A stretch of DNA of 64,000 nucleotides from Octopus vulgaris (Eukaryota): positions 14,012,001-14,076,000 of the forward strand of contig OX597840.1 in NCBI GenBank assembly GCA_951406725.2, in the 5' to 3' direction. Shown here one piece after another: positions 55,120 through 64,000 of this stretch (the first letter of the stretch is position 1; every line of letters begins with the position of its first letter). The notes below the pieces were generated by a model that had not been told where the DNA came from, made no database searches, and was given only the letters and a program-made list of their open reading frames with translations. Both the position numbers and the translations under genes were made by a program.

Positions 55120-55209
55120 ACCCTGACTGAAGCTACACAGAATACAGAATACTATGCCTGGTTGCATATGCAACTACTCATACTCAGTCCAGCGGAAACA
55201 TATGTAGGT
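55120..55209 (+). ncRNA. Variant hammerhead motif preceded by a perfect 12-bp hairpin (55087-55113)
   Basis: ACC-CTGACTGA-A GCT..AGC G-GAA-ACATATGT-A-GGT; one extra base in the CUGANGA box. Confidence 0.5.
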
Positions 55210-56412
55210 GGTCATAACTGTAAAAATATGCTGTATGACATACTGTACAATAGAAAGAAAGAAATTTTGAGGACATACCAGTCTCTATAGTCTCTATCAT
55301 TATAATTATTGCAAATATATATATATATATATATAGGATCACAGGAGTGGCTGTGTGGTAAGTAGCTTGCTAACCAACCACATGGTTCCAGGTTCAGTCC
55401 CACTGCGTGGCATCTTGGGCAAGTGTCTTATGCTTGTGAGTTTTGAAGCATAAAGAAATAATTTAGTTGCAAATAAATTTTCATTCTAATAGACTATATA
55501 GATAATTTAAATTAATTTTATCTAATTTTTAATCTAATTTAGGTAAACCAACTTAAAACAAATAAGTTAATAAGACTTCGTAATTCTTTTATATACTATA
55601 AGTAAATATTGCTAATCCCATATAAATAATATGACGATTTTTCATTATGAAAAACAATACTCTCAATCCTTTCTTTTGACCCCTAAATGTAGTCACAAAG
55701 TCTGCCAATGTATAAGTAGTAACATTAATAAATAAAGAAATAAATTAAATGACCTCCTTTCTAGTGTTGCGCTGAAATCTGTTAATGTTTTTTTCCTATA
55801 GTGACAACCTTTGACCCGCCTTTACCTTCCCGTGTCCTCTTTATATAGCAATTAACAAAGGTATACCGGTCAAGATTAGCTTTCGTTTTTAAAACTCTTA
55901 GATTCTTGCAAATTCTGACCCAATCAGTTTGTCTCCACTGAAATAAACTATTCTGCGTAGTTGGATATTCACATCCCCTTCCCCTCTCAGTTACCCCATT
56001 ATACCCTATGTGAGTGATTGTCTCTACGCTCCACTAACTTTCCTTCAACAAATAAAATTCTAACATAGCAGTTTTGAGAAATTTTCAGAAATGTAACCAG
56101 TATATCACCATACATCAGGAAACACACTTTATTATGGACTAATTATGGATAAATGTATCGTCTGTGAGTATGAAATCTCTCCTCATATCTCTAGAAACCA
56201 AACTTACTTCAATATGGATGGATTTACATTTCCACTTTCTGGGACACTAAAAGGTTTTTTAAATTACTTTTTTAAGACCTGTTATATGACTGTGCAACAT
56301 TAAAGAACTTTGGAAGTCCGTCTATTATCTAAATCTTATTTTTATAGAACTATCCCTGATGTTTCAGGAGTGTAACCTCACCCCCTTAGATGTTTGGAGA
56401 ACTCAGATGTTT

Positions 56413-56502
56413 TTTCGGCTGATGAGTACGGGTCACTTATATTTACTGCAATATTTGCAGCCTTAATAAAGCTTGTTTTTGTACGAAACAATTGTACCGA
56501 AA
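56413..56502 (+). ncRNA. Canonical-core type I hammerhead ribozyme
   Basis: TTTCGG-CTGATGA-GTACGGG..TTTGTAC-GAA-ACAATTGT-A-CCGAAA; all core bases intact, GUA site at 56496. Confidence 0.85.
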
Positions 56503-56530
56503 TATTGATCCATTTTTGTTGCTTTTTTCT

Positions 56531-56569
<39 letters not shown>

Positions 56570-56914
56570 GTAAATTTATATTCATATGCACACATGGACA
56601 CACATATAATATACATATACATCAAGAATACACCTTTATAGGTTGTCAAGCTCAATCATATCTGATCAAACTTAAACTGTCAATATTAATTATCAACTAT
56701 AAATTAAATGATTAAATACTATTTAAAATAGTAATGTACTTCTTAATTTAATTCTTGATGTTAATTAACTTTATAAAATTCAGTTTATATTTCTAAATAT
56801 ATTTCTTTTTTTTTCACACACAGTTTCCACTACATTTCATGTATGTGGATTATGTTAAGTGTAAAGTTATTCATCTGTCTGCTGCAGGTTCATTTCTGTA
56901 GGACATAAAGTACA

Positions 56915-57297
56915 TTGTGGCACTCTGTTGGTTACAACAACAAGGGTTCCAGTTGTTCCAATCAACAGAACAGCTTGCCCATGAAATTAACGTGCAAGTG
57001 GTTGAGCACTCAACAGACACATGTACCCTTAACGTAGTTTTGGGGGAGATTCAGCGTGACACAGAGTGTAACGAGGTTGGTCCTCTGAAACACAGGTACA
57101 ACAGAAACAAGAAGAAAGAGTGAGAGGAAGTTGTGGTGAAAGCATACAGCAGGGATCGCCACCACCCCCTGCCAGAGCCTTGTGAAGCTTTAGCTGTTAG
57201 CTCAATAAACACTCACAATGCCCAGTCTGGGAATCAAAACCATGATCCTATGACCACAAGTCCGCTACCTTAACCACTGGGCCATTGTGCTTCCACA
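56915..57297 (-). mobile_element. tRNA-derived SINE (head shared with the 19012 family)
   Basis: Minus strand TGGCCCAGTGGTTAAG..GGTTTTGATTCCCAGACTGGG; degenerate 3' part also at ~60720-60850. Confidence 0.7.
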
Positions 57298-57421
57298 CAT
57301 AAAGTACATACAGTATGTAAGAAGTGAAAATAAAGATGTAATTCATTCTTCCTTTGCACGCTGAGGCATACTTGTTACTGGTGCGTGTGTATACATGTGT
57401 GTCTGCCTCTAATAATTATGT

Positions 57422-58464
57422 GTTTCAATTAATTTCTAACGTAATCATAAATTTAGTCTGGTTTCATTAAACAGCTATAACTTTTTTATTTATCAATATA
57501 TTAATCTGATTTTTGGAAGATAATTTAATGAAATATTCTCAACCAATTCTATACTATAATTTTTGTCACAAAGTGACTCTAATTGCAGGTAGATACAGGT
57601 AAATTCAACAAAATATAAAATTATTAAAATTTTGTTCAAACATCGCTATAGAAAATGGGTTATTAGCTAATATTCAATTGGGTATACAACAAAATTTTAC
57701 GATAGAATTTGTTATTCTGGGTAACTTTCTGATACCCATAATAATATTTATGGCAAAATAGTCTTAATTTCATTTAAGGTTGTGGGAAACCACAAACTGT
57801 CGTTTCTTTCGCTTTGTTTACATTTAACGTAACGGTTCGTTTCCGCCGTAATGATTTCAAATAGGCCCATTCGAAAAAGTAAAAAGAAATAGTCTAAGGC
57901 TATACTCTTCTGGGAAAGTCTGTGGCTTGGTCCAGTTTCTTCAGAAAAATCACCGAAAGAAACAGTTTTTAAATTTTCACTCCATTCAGGTGCCAATTCA
58001 TTTTCTTTATCGCTGTCAGAGCTCTCGGATTCACTGTTTTCACTTTCGGAAAATGAAACATCAGATGCATTATCAAATACCACATGCTTTTTTTTTTCAG
58101 TCATAGAGTTAGATTTATGAAGGTCTTCAGTAGAAAATCCTTCGAATTCTGACTCGCTGCTTGATATAATGAAATTCGTATCCATTTTTTGTCAGAATTA
58201 CAAATTTTGAAAACACAATAGGAACAAATTTCGGAAACAAATCTCCCAAAATTCACGGAATTAAAATTACACTTCGATTATTGTACAAAACTGTAGTTGA
58301 ACTGTTTACGAAGTATAATACGTGTTTTCACGAATGTACTAAAGAGATTTGCTCTGATATTCTCATTTAAATATGAATAGGTAAATATGGGCGGCTTTGG
58401 GCGGTTTGGTCACATTAACCAAAATTTTTTTCGGGCGGTTTCGGGTGGTTTGGTAACGAAAGGG
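57422..58464 (-). mobile_element. Internally deleted piggyBac element
   Basis: GGTAACGAAAGGG-TTAA terminus; both end regions are reverse-complement homologues of 16526-17565; the left TIR is missing. Confidence 0.85.
57748..58185 (-). pseudogene. piggyBac transposase N-terminal fragment
   Basis: Acidic/Ser-rich N-terminus, then W..F....GP..LDYFFLLF..FEII.AETNRY..W.PTTLNEIK; truncated before the catalytic DDD. Confidence 0.8.
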
Positions 58465-58544
58465 TTAAACTGTGCTCTAAATGAAGGTGTTGTCAAATCT
58501 TATTTTATGGACTCAACCATGTTCTAAAATAAGTCGAAATGTAA

Positions 58545-58584
58545 GCTACTATAAATCGGCATGAACTTTCCGGACAACCCAATA
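58545..58584. mobile_element. Solo mariner-type TIR
   Basis: Reverse complement reads TA-TTGGGTTGTCCGGAAAGTTCATGCCGATTT. Confidence 0.45.
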
Positions 58585-58872
58585 TATTTCCCATACTCTT
58601 TGACACTCACTCTGTTTGCATTTGTATTAGCTCCCACACATTGCTTCAATTTTGTTTAAAACCTCATTTATGTTCACTTTCATTTTAAGACAAGTATTAC
58701 ATACAAATCTTGTTTTCTGATTGGATAAAAATTATCAAAATTTGAACTTCTGACATTTTGTGAAAATTTTTCTGGAGTAAATGAATTCCAAACTTGAATT
58801 TAGCATGAAAAAGTGCATCAATATACTTAATTTTAAAATTTGAAAATCTGTGATAGCAACAGAAAAGATCTC

Positions 58873-58908
<36 letters not shown>

Positions 58909-59159
58909 TCTCTCTCCCTCTCTCTCCCTCTCTCTCTCTCTCTTCTAGTATTTCTTTTTCTCAAAGTAAACTTACCCCCTCTCAAAACATTTTTACTACA
59001 CTTTCTCTCACTGAATATGTGTGTCCATGTGTCCATCAGTGTGTGTGTGTGCATGCATATCTGTAAGGAATTTCATTAGGGCGACAGAGTGATTTAAAAC
59101 CATATGTAAATGCTAATTTATTTTAATAGCATCTTTTTCTGTTAGTAAATATGTTTTTC

Positions 59160-59193
<34 letters not shown>

Positions 59194-60423
59194 GACTTGC
59201 TCTCTGCAGAGTGGTAAATCAAAAATTTAAATTACAAAGCTTTTTGCAGTTGTTTACATACAAGCAATGGATTACAACATAATCATACCAGAAAATATGT
59301 TTATGGGGAGAAAAATATTGAAAATGTCAGTGTGTGACAAGAAAGGTAACAAGTGGCCATGGGATGTGCTAGAAATAACAGCTAATTCTCCCTTAAATCT
59401 CATATCTTTTTGCCTGAAAATTATTTTGAAATTATAAACAGCAACACATTGCAGATTTGGACTGCCATATTTTTAAACTAAGAGGAAAAAACAAATTTGG
59501 GAAAAAAGCCAAAATTGTAGGATTTTTGGAAGGGCAGCATTAATGATAAAATTAAAGATTTCACTATTGTTTTTGAATTTCATTTTCTGTTTGAAAATAT
59601 AGAAAGTAAGGATTGTTACAATGATTGCCATTTCCAAATGTTTTTCTTTTTTTAAAACCTTCGAGGTTTCTCTCATCATTTTTAAGTGCATATTGCAAAA
59701 AAAAAAAAAAGAAAAGACCAAAATTGGTACTCAGTGGGGGAAGGGGCTTGAAAAATATTCATAAATTTTCAAAAACATTTCTTATTTTTACTGAAATGGA
59801 TTTCCCATAGTGCAAAAATAAAGAATAAAAAATGGACAAAATTGGTCCAGAAGTGGGAGATAGAATTCATAAATTACTGATAACATTGGAATTCATAAAT
59901 TTTCAAAATGCCTTTTCATAAAAAGCATTCCCTGCATCATTTGCAAAAGTGTTGTGGAAAAATATTTTGAAAAATCCCTGTCAAAATGGAGAAAATCCAA
60001 TTTGAGTGTGGTATTCCAAAAATGGGACAAGGCATTCAATTGTGAAAATTATCCAGCAAGAAAGGGATACTCAGCTATATATATATATATAATAAATATT
60101 TTGGACTAATAGATATAAGTCAATTAGTGTGTTTAAATGTTGAGTAGAGCACCGATACAGTTTAGGCTACCTGGTGTCATCCGCAGTTGTAGCATACTTC
60201 CGTTGGATCTAATTCAGGAACTCCGCAGTGTCAGTTAGGGGAATTATATTAAGGAACGAGAAGATGGATTTGGTATTGAACTTTATTCTATACAGCATTC
60301 ATTTTGTCCTGTCCTTTAATAAAGTTTAATCCATCTTCTAATTACGTTATATATATATATGTATATATATATATATGTATATATATACATATATGTATAT
60401 ATACATATATGTATATATATATG

Positions 60424-60456
<33 letters not shown>

Positions 60457-61020
60457 GACAGGCTTCTTTTAATTTCCATCTGCCAAATCCATTCACAAGA
60501 TTTTAGTTGATCTGAGGTTGTAGTAAAAGACACTTGCCCAAGGTGCCACATAGTGGGACTGAACCTGGAACCATGTGCTTAGGAAACAAGTTTCTTATCA
60601 AACAGCCATACCTTTGCCTTCGTTCCATATTCTACAAAACAGTAATAATAGACACATAATATATATGGCTGTATAAAAAATTACAAATTTTTGTGATTTG
60701 ATGGACTTTTACCGTGATTTTAACACATGATGTCCTAGTTGTTCAATCAACTGAACAACCTACACATTGTGTTAGCATGTGAAGTGGCCGAGTATCCACA
60801 TGTGTGTATCTTTAATGTAATTCTCAGTTAGAATCAGAGTTACACAGTGTATCTCTGTTGCATCTTTGAATTTCCCTCCATCTGATGGGTTTCCAACTAG
60901 TTACTATCTTGACACCTTCACAAATCTGATACCCCATAGATGCAAAGCAAACTTCTTAACTACACATCTGTTCAGGCAACCTCAACCAAACTTGAATCCT
61001 GCTATATTTGTATACATATT

Positions 61021-61443
61021 GGTGCAGGGGTGGATGTGTGGAACTAAACCACATGGTCTCGGGTTCGGTTCCACTGCGTGGCACCTTGGGCAAGTGCCTT
61101 CTACTATAGCCTCAGGCTGACCAAAGCCTTGTGAGTGGATTTGGTAGGCAGAAACTGGAAGAAACCCATCGTATATATGTGTGTGTGTGTGTGTGTATGT
61201 ATGTGTGTATATATATATATGCTTGTGTGTGTGTGTGTATGTTTGTGTGTCTGTTTGTCCCCCCAACATTGCTTGACAACCAATGCTGGTGTGTTTACCT
61301 TCCCGTAACTTAGCGGTTCGGCAGAAGACACCGATAGAATAAGTATAAGGCTTACAAAGAATAAGTCCTGGGGTTGATTTGCTTGACTATAAAGGCGGTG
61401 CTCCAGCATGGCCACAGTCAAATGACTGAAACAAATAAAAGAG
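61021..61443 (+). mobile_element. Full-length dominant-family SINE
   Basis: Homology to 21598-22005. Confidence 0.88.
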
Positions 61444-61451
61444 TATACATA

Positions 61452-61866
61452 TTCTTTTATTCTTTTACTTGTTTCAGTCAATTGATTGTGGTCATGCTGG
61501 AGCACTGCCTTTAGTCGAGCAAATCAACCCCAGGACTTATTCTTTGTAAGCCTAGTGCTTATTCTATCAGGCTCTTTTGCTGAACTGCTAAGTTACAGGG
61601 ACATAAACACACCAGCATTGGTTGTCAAATGATGTTGGGGGTGGGGACAAACACAGATACACAACACTCATACACACATACATATATATGCATATATATA
61701 TATACAACGGGCTTCTTTCAATTTTCATCAATCAGATCCATTTACAAGGCTTTGGTTGGTCTGATGCTATAGTAGAAGACACTTGCCCAAGGTGCCATGC
61801 AGTGGGACTGAATCTAGAACCATGTGGTTGGTAAGCAAGCTACTACTTACAGCCACTCCTGCACCT
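61452..61866 (-). mobile_element. Full-length dominant-family SINE, tail-to-tail with the previous copy
   Basis: Reverse-complement homology. Confidence 0.88.
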
Positions 61867-61967
61867 ATATACACATAATTTAAATATAGAAGTATTATTG
61901 TCATTATTAATAGTATTAATAAGGTAATAATAAGGTAGCTAGCTAGTTCACACCATTACAGGCACAA

Positions 61968-62293
61968 TATACGGTAAATTTAGATTCAGTAGGATATATA
62001 TAATACCACTTGCTAAAACCAAAGCCAATGCTTCAAAAACCACCACAAACTCACGATAAAGATGTTGAAATGTTATGTTCAACTGATGATCACAGAGTAT
62101 ATTAGTGATGCAAAGTGTGATACTAATTGATATTGAAATATACATTACTTACTGATGTAATCAATGCAAAGGTAAGCCTATTTCTCATATGGTCATCGCA
62201 TTGTATCTTTATTGTGAATTTTATGGTGGTTTTTGGAGCATTGGCTCTGATTTTAGCAAGTGGCATATACCCTACTGAATCTAAATTTACCAT

Positions 62294-62296
<3 letters not shown>
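61968..62296. repeat. Fold-back element: arms 61968-62063 / 62205-62296, degenerate hammerhead in the spacer (62078-62137)
   Basis: GGTAAATTTAGATTCAGTAGG / CCTACTGAATCTAAATTTACC; spacer TTCAA-CTGATGA-TCACA..TGTGA..TA-TTGAA. Confidence 0.8.
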
Positions 62297-62340
<44 letters not shown>

Positions 62341-62343
<3 letters not shown>

Positions 62344-63375
62344 GCTGAATGACCCAGCATTGCCTGGATTAGTAAACAATAAATATAAAGATATATTTTC
62401 ATAATTATATCAAAATATCTATATTTTGTTGAAAAATATCCAAATTGTAATGATAATAGAATTTTGAACTGAAAATCTGTCAATGTTGAAGCATTGCAGA
62501 GTAAAAAATATTCATTGTATAATATTTTGTTGGTGTCTAAATGAATAAAGTGTTGCTGCTTCCAACTTGCAAGCAAACAACATGGAGTTGGCCGAGGGAG
62601 AAGCATGTAGTAGAGAGATCAAGTCCAACTACCTTCAGGGATCGACCCTGAGATTTGTTAAGTGAAATATCAAAACTTAGTTTGACTGGAAACAGAGGCA
62701 TTTTAAATTCAAATGGAACATCTGTAGGTAGGAGAAGAATTTTTGGAATAAAGACATCTCCTTTATGACTACCTGTCATTATTGTTGCCTGTAGGACATG
62801 GGGCTTCATGGAAGTAACAATTGAGTTCCATTATACAGGTGAGATGGATCAAGATTCCTAAGCAACATAATGAGAGAACCCAGTTTTAGTGTCAAGTTAT
62901 ACGGTGGCACCCCAGTGGGTTTAAGTGTGTTCAGAAATTCAACAGGGTATTGAACAACCTGATCTTGCTGTCAATTGCTGTCAATTGATCAAAATGTAAT
63001 TTCTGATGTATTTGTTAACTTTTGAAGGAGTTCCTGATTGAACTTATCAACCATTTCATTAGTTGGAGCCAGTATAGCTCTTTCACATCAGCCAGTTTAC
63101 ATCAGTGTAATTGACAGGTGAACTAGGAAATACTTTATCCATAAGATCCCTAAGAGAAAGTGTCATTTGATCTCATGGAAATTCATGTAGCTGTTAATAT
63201 CCCATTACCAATCTTAAGAAACTCACATGATCATCTTGTAAAAGTACGCATGTGTTGCTTGGATGATCAAGTTTTTCACATGTCTCCAAAGCTATGATTT
63301 TTGTAAGCATGCATTGCTTTCATCAGCTTTTGATCCTTTGGGGATAAATGGCAACATTTGACAAAAATCTCCTAG
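62341..63375 (-). mobile_element. Helitron 3' portion: Pif1-like helicase pseudogene and 3' terminus
   Basis: GDFCQMLP; YPVEFLNTLKPTGVPPYNLTLKLGSLIMLLRNLDP..NGT; FPVKLSFDISLNKSQGRSL..CFSLGQLHV; 3' hairpin CCAGGCAATGCTGG then CAGCTAC|T. Confidence 0.9.
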
Positions 63376-63620
63376 TGAGAATTTACAAAAAAACAGAAGA
63401 CGGATGTGTAAACAACAAACAGATGTATTAGTTCAATGCTTGGAAAGTGAGAAAGATATATATATACAAATATATATGTATATATTTATATGTATATATA
63501 TTTATATACATATATAAATATGTATATATTTATATGTATATATATTTATATACATATATATATATGTATATATTTATATGTATATATATTTATATACATA
63601 TATATATATACGTGTATATA

Positions 63621-63685
<65 letters not shown>

Positions 63686-63719
63686 CACACACACATATAT
63701 ATATATATGTGTGTGTGTA

Positions 63720-63906
63720 TGTAAAAAGCACCCACTACACTCGCGGAGTGGTTGGCGTTAGGAAGGGCATCCAGCTGTAGAAACTCTGCCAGATCAGACT
63801 GGAGCCTGGTACAGCCCCTGGCTTCCCAGACACCAGTCGAACTGTCCAACCCGTGCTAGCACGGAAAACGGACGTTAAACGATGATGATGATGATGATGA
63901 TGATGA
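63720..63906 (+). mobile_element. RTE 3' tail fragment (others at ~3015-3185, 28040-28325, 39830-40290, 41995-42210)
   Basis: AAAGCACCCACTACACTC..GGAAGGGCATCCAGCTGTAGAAAC..GGACGTTAAAC(GAT)n. Confidence 0.8.
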
Positions 63907-64000
63907 TATATGCACACACTTATGTACATGTATAAGCACCTGTATGTAAACACATTTGAGGCAGAATTTTGCAGCCATCATCAATTCTTCCTTGTTTATC

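Noticed and set aside
60095-60345. (TA)n-flanked cassette with hairpin AAGATGGATT/AATCCATCTT and a CTGCGGA..GGAA string on the minus strand
   Set aside because: Two core mismatches and no stem I; may be a PLE-type end but not supportable as a ribozyme.

Overview
AT-rich, microsatellite-saturated animal DNA. The SINE/LINE inventory suggests a coleoid cephalopod, probably Octopus (inference). I found no supportable host gene, rRNA, tRNA gene or CRISPR array, and most ORFs in the track are translations of (TA)n/(CA)n/(CAC)n repeats. The window is a stack of decayed transposons: a 5'-truncated Penelope-like element (PLE; RT plus GIY-YIG) between ~540-bp inverted repeats, a second PLE GIY-YIG remnant, a full-length Tc1 (DD34E) pseudo-element, mariner MITEs, piggyBac derivatives, Helitron remnants, RTE and CR1 LINE fragments and several tRNA-derived SINE families. 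The main unexplained signal is at RNA level. About 8 minimal type I hammerhead ribozyme motifs from unrelated sequence families sit mostly in (TA)n-flanked cassettes, several in a fold-back layout with an inverted copy of the 3' tail placed 5' of the element. One is a tRNA-headed SINE-like element with a hammerhead, an inverted tail and a 14-bp TSD (50614-50931), a candidate Penelope-mobilised SINE. The RTE elements also carry a C4HC3 PHD-like finger inside the RT region. All alignments and structures were read by eye; boundaries of degenerate elements are approximate.
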